From: an uncultured Actinomycetota bacterium
GTDB taxonomy: Bacteria > Actinomycetota > Actinomycetes > Streptosporangiales > Streptosporangiaceae
Direction of reading: 5' to 3'
Length of the DNA: 64,000 bases
NCBI GenBank assembly: GCA_963805705.1
Contig: CAWDVH010000001.1
Location: 2,829,198 to 2,893,197 of the forward strand
Below, in pieces: positions 43,598 to 52,475 of this stretch. The number at the start of each line of letters is the position of its first letter. The first letter of the stretch is position 1. The notes beneath the pieces are model-generated. The model saw only the letters and a program-made list of their open reading frames with translations. It made no database searches and was not told the origin of the DNA. The position numbers and the translations under genes were made by a program.

Positions 43598-44193
43598 GTG
43601 ACCTCCTCGGACGAAGCTCAGGGCGTCTTGGTTCGCCGGGGCTTTGCGCTGGAATACGTAACGCTGGGCTGGAACGTTGTTGGGGTTGGAGTGCTGGCCT
43701 TCGCGGCCATTTCAGCGGGATCCGTCGCATTGGCGGGCTTCGGTCTCGATTCGCTGATCGAGATCGGCGCGTCCACGGTAGTGATCTGGGAGCTGTCGGG
43801 CTCTGGCGAGAAACGCCAGCGCCGCGGCCTGCGCCTGATCATGTACGCGTTCGGCGCTCTGGCGGCCTACCTTCTGGTGCAGTCCACCGTGGTGCTGGCG
43901 ATGGGCTATCACCCAGGGCGTCTCTGCCGGGGATCATCTGGACCGCGGTGACCGCGGTGGTCATGTTTGCGCTGGCGGCCGGCAAGACCCGAACTGGCCG
44001 GGCACTGGATAACCCGGTGCTGCGGACTGAGGGTCGGGTAACGATGATCGACGGGATCCTGGCCACGTCAGTGCTGCTGGGCCTGGCGTTGAACGCTGCG
44101 CTCGGCTGGTGGTGGGCCGACCCGGCCGCCGGGTACGTACTGGTCTACTACGCCGTCCGTGAGGTCCGCGAGATCGCCTTCGCTGACGATTAA
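43598..44193 (+). pseudogene. Short cation-efflux (CDF-like) membrane protein split by a frameshift near 43920
   Basis: ORFs 43598..43951 and 43948..44193 are consecutive parts of one protein (...LAMGYHP / GIIWTAVTAVVMFALAAGK...WWWADP...YYAVRE). The joined protein is paralogous to 44203..44868. Confidence 0.55.
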
Positions 44194-44202
44194 CCGCCCC
44201 GC

Positions 44203-44868
44203 CTACCGCATGCCCTCACGGCCATGGGCTCGGCCAGCCGGATTGCGTCTCGGCGCGGTGCGCCAAGCCTGCGTGGCGGCGACGGCTGCCATGACCAAAG
44301 CGGCGATGCGGTCGGCCCACCACCAGCCCAGGACGTGATAAAGCACCAGAGCCGCGAGAGCGAACAAACTCGTGGCCGCCCCGATGCCGCTGAGAACGCC
44401 ATCGCCCTGAAGGGCCAGGCTGCTCATCCGGTGACCGAGCCGGTACTTGGCATGCGCCAAGGGCGTGAGGACGACCAGCGAGACGGCTGCAGCAACCAGG
44501 GTCACAATCGACGTACCAGGACGCGATCTGGTGGCCAGGGCAACGGCGGACTCGATGATCAGCACGATGCTGACGACGGCCAGGGCAATGCTGACGATGA
44601 CAGCCGCGCGAGTCTCCGCTGTCCCGGACTGCACCGGCTGTCGCTGCTCGGCCCGGAACCGCCAGATCAAGACCGCCGATCCGGTTACATCGGCCAGGAC
44701 GCCAAGACCAATCGCGAAGACGCCGAGGCTGTGATCCCGCAGACCAGATATCACCGACACAGCACCAGAGAGCAGACCGAAGATGACCGAGACGGTGACC
44801 AGTCGCAGGGCGGCAGTGACCTGCTTCAGCCGAGCCTGACCAGCACCGTGGGCCTCGCCTCGGACCAC
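44203..44868 (-). CDS. Short cation-efflux (CDF-like) membrane protein
   Basis: About 5 TM helices. Shared motifs with the frameshifted neighbour (GWWWAD, LIWRF/VIWEL). Convergent with that neighbour. Confidence 0.6.
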   Translation of the reverse strand: MVRGEAHGAGQARLKQVTAALRLVTVSVIFGLLSGAVSVISGLRDHSLGVFAIGLGVLADVTGSAVLIWRFRAEQRQPVQSGTAETRAAVIVSIALAVVSIVLIIESAVALATRSRPGTSIVTLVAAAVSLVVLTPLAHAKYRLGHRMSSLALQGDGVLSGIGAATSLFALAALVLYHVLGWWWADRIAALVMAAVAATQAWRTAPRRNPAGRAHGREGMR

Positions 44869-45142
44869 TGCACTGCTCCCGTCTTACTCATAGCTGCCAT
44901 GCCCTTGCGAGCAGGTGGCAGGTCCAGGGTCGGCGGAATGCCGATCGCGCAGCGACGCGCAAAGCGCGCCCTAGACCTGGCAGCTGCGATTAGGACAAAT
45001 CGGGCGGCGAGGAACTCGGCTGCTACCGCGGCGACGCACCTATCCGAAGACAATCTGACCCATGCAGCTCCCGCAGGTGGCGCGCCCGCGCGAGCGGGGC
45101 CCCCAGGCCAGAGCGCGGCGCGGGAAGCGCCGTCGCAGCGCA

Positions 45143-45676
45143 GCCGCCTTGACCTGGAAGCAGGCCTGGTCCGGGTGCGCCTGGCCTTCTCTGATCGCCG
45201 CGCACCGGGCAGCAAGCTCACGCTCGGCCCGCTGAAGTCTCGCGCCGGACGCCGGACGGCGGGCATTCCCGGTGCGATCATCCCGGCTCTGCGCGACCAT
45301 CATTCCGTCTTCGTAGCCATTGGCCCGGCGTCGCTTGCGTTCGCGGGGTGCGAAGGGCTCGCCGCGGCGGCGGAGCAACTTCAACAGGATGTCAGGCTGG
45401 GCATATGCAGCCGATTCGATCGGCGCGGCGGGTCTGCATTTCCATGATCTCCGCCACACCGGAAACACGTTCGCCGCGGCCAGCGGCACGGGCATCAAGG
45501 ATCTCATGGCCCGCAGGGGACACGACAGCGAGCGCGCGGCGATGATCTACCTGCGTGAGGCGCGGGACGCTGACCGGGCGATCACAAGTGCGACCGACGC
45601 TCATGTCGATGCCGAGCGCAAGAGGGACCGAGCCGACGATGACGGGCTGTCCGAGGCTCTTGTCCCAGCGGGTTAA
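45143..45676 (+). pseudogene. Tyrosine recombinase/integrase C-terminal catalytic domain, 5'-truncated and frameshifted (copy B), adjacent to tRNA-Gly
   Basis: Near-identical to copy A (one visible substitution, S to P in GAII[S/P]ALRDHH). Same truncation point and same frameshift. Confidence 0.7.
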
Positions 45677-45752
45677 TGGCACGGGAGGGTCGCTGAGCCT
45701 GGTGAGCCGGAGGCCGAGATGGATATCGCAGCTGTGACCTGGGGATTTTGGT

Positions 45753-45826
45753 TGGAGCGGGCGACCGGGATCGAACCGGCATGACCAGCTTGGAAGGCTG
45801 GGGCTCTACCATTGAGCTACGCCCGC
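45753..45826 (-). tRNA. tRNA-Gly (anticodon TCC)
   Basis: Reverse complement GCGGGCGTAGCTCAATGGTAGAGCCCCAGCCTTCCAAGCTGGTCATGCCGGTTCGATCCCGGTCGCCCGCTCCA: 7-bp acceptor stem, TPsiC loop TTCGATC, anticodon loop CTTCCAA, CCA end, 74 nt. Confidence 0.85.
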
Positions 45827-45937
45827 GCGGCAAGACCGCCATGCCGTAGCGTACCGGTTCGCGTCCTTGCTGGAGCAACGCGGGCTGTCGACGTGTGAGC
45901 GACAGGAGTGCCTGGCGGGGTAAGCTTCGGCTGGTCT

Positions 45938-46015
45938 TCGGGATGTGGCGCAGCTTGGTTAGCGCGCCTGCTTTGGGAGCAGGAGGCCGCGAGTTCGAAT
46001 CTCGCCATCCCGACC
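45938..46015 (+). tRNA. tRNA-Pro (anticodon TGG)
   Basis: CGGGATGTGGCGCAGCTTGGTTAGCGCGCCTGCTTTGGGAGCAGGAGGCCGCGAGTTCGAATCTCGCCATCCCGACCA: cloverleaf with anticodon loop TTTGGGA, T-loop TTCGAAT, discriminator A plus CCA. Confidence 0.8.
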
Positions 46016-46238
46016 AGGTCAGAGTACATGTCGATCTTGGTGAAGATCGTCTGCGGAGCCGCGATGGGAACCAAGTGCCAGTGCGTTGAACACGGCGGAC
46101 CGCAAAGACGCGGCCGCGACGGGGACTCGATCTATCTCGTCCGCACCGTGGGGTGCCGCGATGCCGGGCGGCGGTGGAGCCGTTCCGGAAGGTCAGCATG
46201 ACCGTATGAGGAATCACCTCTCAGCGGAGTCAGCCGCG

Positions 46239-46424
46239 ATGACCAGGGCCGTGCAGATCCCGTACACAGTCGAGCAGGACGAGGACGGCGTGGTGGTGTG
46301 CTCACGCTGAGCTGCGCCCCGGTGTGGGAGCCAATGTCCAGGGGACACCCTCGATGCGGCGGTCGCGGACTTGCGCGAGGCCCTGAAGGGCCTGGTCGCC
46401 GAGTTCGGAGCCCAGATGAGCTGA
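46239..46424 (+). pseudogene. hicB: HicB-family antitoxin, interrupted by two frameshifts
   Basis: IPYTVEQDEDGVVVCS (frame 1), AELRPGVGANVQG (frame 2) and DTLDAAVADLREALKGLVAEFGAQMS (frame 3) together reconstitute a canonical HicB RNase-H-fold N-terminal domain. Confidence 0.55.
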
Positions 46425-46443
46425 CTCTCATGGTCGACGTGGC

Positions 46444-46639
46444 TTGATGCCCTCAGTCCCCTCCGTGCCCGGTGAGCGGATCGTCCGGGCGTTAGAGAGC
46501 TGGGTTCAAGGTCGCCCGTGTCGCCGGGAGCCACCAGATCATGCGTCATCCCGACGGGCGCGGCACCACGGTGCCGGTTCATCCAGGCCGCGACGTTGCC
46601 AAGGGCACCCAGCGCGGGATCTTGCTGACGCAGACATGA
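46444..46639 (+). pseudogene. hicA: HicA-family mRNA interferase toxin, interrupted by a 1-nt frameshift near 46498
   Basis: GERIVRALES (frame 1) followed by AGFKVARVAGSHQIMRHPDGRGTTVPVHPGRDVAKGTQRGILLTQT (frame 2), which is the HicA consensus GSH..hrHP... Confidence 0.55.
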
Positions 46640-47007
46640 CGCTGCAGGAACTGCATCGACTCCTGTGAGCATCCCGCAGGATCCGGGTAATAACGACCAG
46701 GATCTACGAGATGGCTGGATCCCTCGAACTGCCGGTTAAATTCCGATGTCAGTCGCCTCCGCAGGGTCGCCGCGGCAGGAGCAGGCTCTCCGTCCGGCGT
46801 TTCGAGAAGGTCATGCAAAGCGGCAGCATGATCTATATTTCCTCATCTCAGGACGGCGCAGCGGCGCTTTGGTATCACCCCGGCGCCGACGTTGATCGTC
46901 CTGGTTCAGGATAGATGGTCCGATACGGTCAGCCTGGCTCGGCCTCGCAGCGCACATTGCAGGAACAGCGCCGTTCCGCTGCCCCAAGGTCCAGCGCCTG
47001 GCAGTCC

Positions 47008-47451
47008 TCAGCTAATTATCCCGTGCGCCTTATTCCACCGCTGCGCCGACAGGTACCCATCGATCATGCCCCAGATCCAGACTGCAAATACTAGCGGGAT
47101 GCCGATCAGGACGAAGACCAGTAGCCAGCTTACGAAATCGGCAGCCAAAATCACGAGGCCCATGCCCACCGAGCCGTTAACGATAGAGCCCAGTCCGGGA
47201 ATGAAGAACGACAGCAGGACACCCACCGCGCCGTTCTTCGGCACCACGACGGGGAGAGCAGGGTAAGCCTGAGGCTGCGGCGCCCACTGTGGCTGCCCTA
47301 GAGCCTGAGGCTGGTACTGCGCCCTGGCCAGTTCCTCGCCTGGCCCTTCACCTGCTTGATAGTAATTCCGTTGAGTCCCAGCCGGCTGAGAGAAGCCGGT
47401 TGCCTGGCCCGGCTCTAGCCAGGGTCCATCTCCCTGCGGTTCAATGTTCAT
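47008..47451 (-). CDS. TM2-domain-like small membrane protein with a Pro/Gln-rich N-terminus
   Basis: The C-terminal two-helix hairpin (GVLLSFFIPGLGSIVNGS...WIWGMIDGY) resembles the TM2/NINE domain. The N-terminus is low complexity (QPQALGQPQWAPQPQAYP). Confidence 0.5.
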   Translation of the reverse strand: MNIEPQGDGPWLEPGQATGFSQPAGTQRNYYQAGEGPGEELARAQYQPQALGQPQWAPQPQAYPALPVVVPKNGAVGVLLSFFIPGLGSIVNGSVGMGLVILAADFVSWLLVFVLIGIPLVFAVWIWGMIDGYLSAQRWNKAHGIIS

Positions 47452-48060
47452 TTGCTGCTCCGTATCCTCGACCGTCTAGATCACTCACGTGAACTCGCCA
47501 CGATGAAAAACTCGCCCCACGCAGAACCTAGACGCGGCTGCGCTAGTTACCGTTTACTGGCATGTCAATGCATCACGTAATATTGCGTTTTTAACCGATG
47601 CGCCTAGGTTGATAACGCTTGTCGCGGTCCGTCTCGGTTCTGCCTAGCTGCATCACAGTGCCTGGCCGGAACTGTTCGGGCCGGTAGCCTTCTGCCCGAT
47701 GGTGTCCCGGCGGACACCCAGCGGGCGACGACTCCGGCGTGGACGGCGCGGCCTGGTTGGACGCCATTACGAACGGACCGGAGGAAAGCCCACCGGCTGC
47801 CTGTTGGTCGACTGGCAGGCCGAGGATGACGCTTCCTCCGGCGAGGCGGCCCGGCGGAGGAAGGTAGGAAGGAGCGAGCAGTGCTGGGCGATCTTCGAGT
47901 CGGCCGTTCACACCGGGCATGCCTATGCCGGGAGCCGCTCCCGGTACGCGGGCATAGTAGGCGTAGCGAACGTCGCGCGTCCCCAGCCGGTAGAGCCCGC
48001 TGCCTCACGGCGGCGCCTGGTCAGGCTCGGCGGTCCTGCGAGTTACTGAAGCGGGGTCAC

Positions 48061-48855
48061 ATGACCAGGCCTGACTACGACTACTACGGTCTGCTGGCTT
48101 CCAGCTGGGACCTGTGGCGTGATGACACTGCGCACTGGAGCGACCGGGTTTTCTTCCTGGACGTCATCGGCCAGTACGGAGAGCCGGTGCTGGACATCGG
48201 CTGCGGCACTGGCCGCCTGCTGCTGGACTACCTCGCACAGGGCATTGACATTGACGGCGTCGATAACTCGGGCGAGATGCTGGCGATCTGCCGCAGCAAG
48301 GCACAGCGGCGGGGCCTGCCCGTCCCCGTCCTTTACCAGCAGCGGATGGAGCAGCTCAGTCTCCCGCGCAGCTACCGGACGATCCTGGGTCCTTCGAGCG
48401 TGCTGCAGCTCATCACCGGCGCAGGCGCCGCAGCGGGCGCATTGCGCCGCTTCCGTGATCACCTGCAGCCAGGCGGCGCGTTCGTGTCGTCATTTGCGTT
48501 CCAGTGGCGGCCCGGCGACCCGCTCGACACTGGCTGGGAGCTGCTGTTCGAAAAACCGGGCCCTGCCGACGGCGCCATCGTCCGGGCCTGGAACAGGGAA
48601 TGGCGCGAGCCGGCCACTCAGCTCTGGCACACCGAGCAGCGTTTCGAGATCGAGATCGGCGGCAAGGTCGTCCAGACGCAGCATCACCGCCGATCGCCAG
48701 AAGGGCGCTGGTACACCCAGGCGCAGGCAGCTGAGTTGTTCCGCGGAGCCGGGTTCCGCAATATCCGCCTGTTCCACGAATTTACCCGCCACCAGGCACG
48801 CGAAGATGACCGGCTGTACTGCGTCCTAGGCGAACAGCCGGCCACCCAGCCATGA
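48061..48855 (+). CDS. Class I SAM-dependent methyltransferase
   Basis: Start at ATG 48061 (MTRPDYDYYG). Motif I VLDIGCGTGRL, DGVDNSGEML and LQPGGAFV. Confidence 0.8.
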   Translation: MTRPDYDYYGLLASSWDLWRDDTAHWSDRVFFLDVIGQYGEPVLDIGCGTGRLLLDYLAQGIDIDGVDNSGEMLAICRSKAQRRGLPVPVLYQQRMEQLSLPRSYRTILGPSSVLQLITGAGAAAGALRRFRDHLQPGGAFVSSFAFQWRPGDPLDTGWELLFEKPGPADGAIVRAWNREWREPATQLWHTEQRFEIEIGGKVVQTQHHRRSPEGRWYTQAQAAELFRGAGFRNIRLFHEFTRHQAREDDRLYCVLGEQPATQP

Positions 48856-48967
48856 CCCGCACACAGGAACCACGTCGCCTGGCAGGCGCAGCGCAATGCA
48901 CACGACCTCGCCCAGCGGAGTCTGCCTCTCGGGCGGGCATCAATGCTCCCGCTAGGCAGACCTGGCC

Positions 48968-49447
48968 TCACGATCGTGGCCGCTCTTTGATCCCCGCAGC
49001 GAGCAGGTCGACTACCTCAGCAATGCGGGCCGCACGCAGGTCCGGCCGGCGGGTGGTCGCATCGATCCAGCGCAGGTAGGCCTTGCGGTAGAACTGTGCC
49101 AGCGTGTCGAAAAATGCGGCCGCTGCCGGGCTGGCCGCGAGCGCCGCCGCGATATCGTCGGCCAGATCACCGCGCTGCGGGCCTTCCGGGGCCAGCTCCA
49201 CGACCACCTCATCGCCAATCGCGACGTCCATGCCGCGCAGGCGCTTGGGCGCCAGCGTCAGCACCCATCCGCTGTCGGCCGGCACAAGCCTGGCGCGGAT
49301 CCGGCAGCCGTCGATTGAGCCGCCGACCGGATGGTCAGCCTTAGCACCCCACGCCTCATCCGGATCGAACGGCATCGTGATGACCGCACTATCCCCAGGA
49401 CCGGCAGCGATGACGGCACGGAAACGCTGCGAACCCATGGCCCCCAT
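48968..49447 (-). CDS. DUF1905 domain protein (YdeI/OmpD-associated-like C-terminal region)
   Basis: FRAVIAAGPGDSAVITMPFDPDEAWG, the DUF1905 beta-barrel N-terminus. The probable start is the ATG at 49438. Confidence 0.7.
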   Translation of the reverse strand: MGAMGSQRFRAVIAAGPGDSAVITMPFDPDEAWGAKADHPVGGSIDGCRIRARLVPADSGWVLTLAPKRLRGMDVAIGDEVVVELAPEGPQRGDLADDIAAALAASPAAAAFFDTLAQFYRKAYLRWIDATTRRPDLRAARIAEVVDLLAAGIKERPRS

Positions 49448-49940
49448 CGTGGCACGACAGCGGCGATGGGAGAGGCCAGCCGGGAACCGCCGTTCCTACG
49501 GCGATCATCGCCGCATGTGAGTGCGCCGAGCTGATTGGCTCTTGGGGCTGCTGGGTGAATTGGCTGCTGGGCCGTTCAGCTTGCCCGGGCGCGCGTGAAC
49601 CCGCCCAGGTGAAGCGGATTGATGCTCAGCGGGACACCTGCTCCGGCCTGCTGCTAGAGCATCCGCAGAATGTTGTCGGTGGGCGTTCCGAAGACCTGGA
49701 TGTCCGTGGTCGCCGCCAGCGTCTGGGCGTAGGCCTGCCAGGCGTGATCACCGACGACCTGCATGTGGAATTCCAAGCTGGGAGCCAACGAGGATAGACG
49801 TCCGGCGGCGCCAGGCCACGTCCAGCGATTGTCAATGCAGGTGAACAGCCCAGTAGGCCATGTCAGCTGACCGGCCGGTAGCCCTCTAGACGAGGCTGAG
49901 CCACTCGGCCAACTGGTGGGCCGCGGCCCTGGGCCATCAG

Positions 49941-50240
49941 GTGTCGGAGCGAAACGCGGATGAGTACGAGGTCAGCGACCCGCCGAGCGGCCGCGCTCGG
50001 CTCTACTTCATGAACGTCCCAGAGTCGAAGACGGTGAAGAACCGGCTGCACATCGACATCACCACCGACGGGTCCCTCGAGGACGGGGTGGCCAGGCTGG
50101 TTGCCATCGGAGGCAGACTCGTCGAGATGCGCCAGGATCCGGAGACGCTCGCGAACCCCGATACGTGGGCGGTCATGCAGGACCCGGAGGGCAACGAGTT
50201 CTGCGTGTTCAACGCTGACTCGGTCACCGGCATGGCCTGA
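49941..50240 (+). CDS. VOC-family (glyoxalase-like) protein, probably N-terminally truncated
   Basis: C-terminal VOC half (NRLHIDI...AVMQDPEGNEFCV). The upstream in-frame sequence ...ANWWAAALGHQ is cut off by a stop at 49887-49889. Confidence 0.55.
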   Translation: MSERNADEYEVSDPPSGRARLYFMNVPESKTVKNRLHIDITTDGSLEDGVARLVAIGGRLVEMRQDPETLANPDTWAVMQDPEGNEFCVFNADSVTGMA

Positions 50241-50338
50241 TCGGAACTGGCGGCTCGCGCGCTGTGTCGATGGGGCCACGATGGCAGTCCGGGCGAGGCC
50301 GGAGCTTCGGCGAACTCACCTATCTTTTAGCTGATTCC

Positions 50339-51997
50339 CTACAGCGCACCCCGCGCCGCGAGCGCGGCGGCTTCAGCACGTCCGCGTAGGCCGAGCTTCG
50401 AGAGAATGCGCGCCACGTGATGCTCGACTGTCTTGCGCGAGAGGAAGAGCCGTTCGGCGATCTCGGGATTTGAGAGCGCTTCGCCGAGGAGAGCGAGCAC
50501 TTCCTGCTCACGCTTCGTGAGGCGTCCGACGTTCTTCGGTCCGGTTCTCACCGCCTTCACGCCGAGATCCCGCATCAGCGCAGCGGCGGCGTCCGCGTCC
50601 CGGCCGGCTCCCAGATCCTCGAAGACGACGAACGCCGCTCGCGCCTCGGCCCCGGCCACCTCACGGTCGTTGCGGCCGAGCACCCGGGCGAGCAACAGCC
50701 GCGTCTGCGCGGTGCGGTAGGGAATTCCCGCGTGAATGAACGCCGCGAGCGCCGTTTCGAGGTGCATGCACGCGGCTGAAACGTCCGTCGACGCGAGCGC
50801 GTGGCCGAGAAGACGCTCGCCGTGCGCGATGATGAGGTGACAGTTGTTGACAGCGCCGAGCGCGACGAGCGCATGCCCCTGCTCGATGGCCGCGCCGCTG
50901 TCGAGCAGCGCGATCTGTGCCTCGCCGAGCAACTCGATCACCGCGGCCACATCGAGCCGGTCTGGGCTCGTCACGGCGAGCCGCCGGCGCAGGACAGCCG
51001 CCGCCACCGATGGCTCGCCCTGCTCGAGGTGCACCGAGGCGACCGCCGCGGCCGCTTCCTCTCGTCCCTCGACGCCGCGCAGGACCCTGACCGCATCCTC
51101 CACGCGGCCCTGCGCGAGCCTGAGCTCGGCGAGCGTCCCGGACGCGAACGCGTGCGGTCCCGGAAAGACGCCCCTTGACATCGAGATCGCATCGGTGAGA
51201 AGTGCCTCGGCGGTGCTCCAGTCACCGTTCTCGAAGAGGACCCGACCGTAATAGGTGCGGCACTCCGCATACAGGAACGGACACCCGTACCGGTCGATGA
51301 AGCGCTCGAGCGACTGTACCCACTGCGTCGCGCGCTCGAGATCGAGGCAGCTGCCGCACACGACCATCGTCATGCAGCTCATCTGGGCGACCGTCAGCGG
51401 ATCTCCGCCTTCACCACCGATCACGCCGGCCATCGCCTCGTCGAGGAGCGACATGCCTTCCTCGATCCGCCCCTGCTGCACCAGTGCCTGCCCGACGGCG
51501 TGCATCGCCATCAGCTCGAGGTCTGAGTTGCCGCTGGCGCGTCCGATCTCGAACGCCTGGCGCGCGAGCGCTTCGCTCTCCAGCGGATCGTCCGTGACAT
51601 AGGCGGTGGCCCCCAGGAGTTCTCCGCGCAGCTCCGGAGCCTCGTCCTCGATGATCCGTTCAGCACGGGACAGCCATCCGCGGGCCGCAGCTGTATTGCC
51701 GAGGTACCCCTTGTTGTAGCCCACGAGCGAGAGGGCGGCGCCGGCCGCGAACATCGCGTCGCCGCGGCGGCGGAAGGCAGCATACGCCTGCTCGCAATGG
51801 GCGATCGTGCCCGCGATGTCGCCGAGCCAGAACAGCGCGCTCGCCAGTCCGAAGAGTGCCTCGGGCACCTCGGCCACGTCAAGGACAGCAGAAAAAGCAT
51901 CGCGTGCGGCGCACCAGTCGCCGCCCGCCATGGCCTGGAACCCGACCCCGACCTGGCTTTCGACGATGCTCAACCCCATGCCCGGACCGTCGCTCAC
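50339..51997 (-). CDS. LuxR-family transcriptional regulator with N-terminal TPR-like repeats
   Basis: C-terminal HTH LTKREQEVLALLGEALSNPEIAERLFLSRKTVEHHVARILSKLG. The N-terminal ~450 aa are helical-repeat rich, and no AAA domain is present. Confidence 0.8.
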   Translation of the reverse strand: MSDGPGMGLSIVESQVGVGFQAMAGGDWCAARDAFSAVLDVAEVPEALFGLASALFWLGDIAGTIAHCEQAYAAFRRRGDAMFAAGAALSLVGYNKGYLGNTAAARGWLSRAERIIEDEAPELRGELLGATAYVTDDPLESEALARQAFEIGRASGNSDLELMAMHAVGQALVQQGRIEEGMSLLDEAMAGVIGGEGGDPLTVAQMSCMTMVVCGSCLDLERATQWVQSLERFIDRYGCPFLYAECRTYYGRVLFENGDWSTAEALLTDAISMSRGVFPGPHAFASGTLAELRLAQGRVEDAVRVLRGVEGREEAAAAVASVHLEQGEPSVAAAVLRRRLAVTSPDRLDVAAVIELLGEAQIALLDSGAAIEQGHALVALGAVNNCHLIIAHGERLLGHALASTDVSAACMHLETALAAFIHAGIPYRTAQTRLLLARVLGRNDREVAGAEARAAFVVFEDLGAGRDADAAAALMRDLGVKAVRTGPKNVGRLTKREQEVLALLGEALSNPEIAERLFLSRKTVEHHVARILSKLGLRGRAEAAALAARGAL

Positions 51998-52121
51998 ATC
52001 AGCATCGTCTCAGATCGCCAACCGGCGAACACCTGCTGAATCCCCGCTATTGACGGAAATTTCGACCTGTCACCATCCCCACTGTCGGTATTAATGCCAG
52101 CACATCACTTCGGGCGTCTGG

Positions 52122-52475
52122 CTATTTGCCCTGGCCTGAGTTTCCGTGCCGCCGCGTCAGCTCGGTCAGCGCGGTGATCTCGGCGTCGAGCGCGGCGCGG
52201 CCGGGCGCGGTGATGCGTACCCACGTCCGCGGGCGCCGCCCGTGATAGCCCTTCTCTACCTGCACCAGGCCGGCCCCCTCCAGAACGGTGAGGTGCTTGG
52301 ACAGGTTGCCGGGAGTCAGGCCGAGGGCCTCGCGCAGGTAGCCGAATTCGGCGCGCTGTGCTTCAGCAGTGATGGTCAGGATGCCGAGCCTGTGCCGCTG
52401 GTGCACCGTGTCGTCGATCCCGTTGGTCGGGTGCCCGCCACCTGGATCCGGATCGATCTGTTCCGCGGCGCTCAT
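52122..52475 (-). CDS. ArsR-like winged-helix transcriptional regulator (module 2, paralog of 35640..36059)
   Basis: TVHQRHRLGILTITAEAQRAEFGYLREALGLTPGNLSKHLTVLEGAGLVQVEKGYHGRRPRTWVRIT, about 75% identical to module 1. Start MSAAEQ at 52475 overlaps the upstream gene's stop. Confidence 0.65.
   Translation of the reverse strand: MSAAEQIDPDPGGGHPTNGIDDTVHQRHRLGILTITAEAQRAEFGYLREALGLTPGNLSKHLTVLEGAGLVQVEKGYHGRRPRTWVRITAPGRAALDAEITALTELTRRHGNSGQGK

Noticed and set aside
44224-45447. 407-aa plus-strand ORF spanning the CDF gene (antisense) and the integrase remnant
   Set aside because: The first half is antisense to the 44203..44868 membrane protein. Only the last ~110 codons are real integrase-homologous sequence, which is annotated as a pseudogene.
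47591-47920. 109-aa minus-strand ORF in the intergenic region upstream of the 48061 methyltransferase
   Set aside because: It has no homology signal, lies in a lower-GC promoter-like interval and is likely non-coding.
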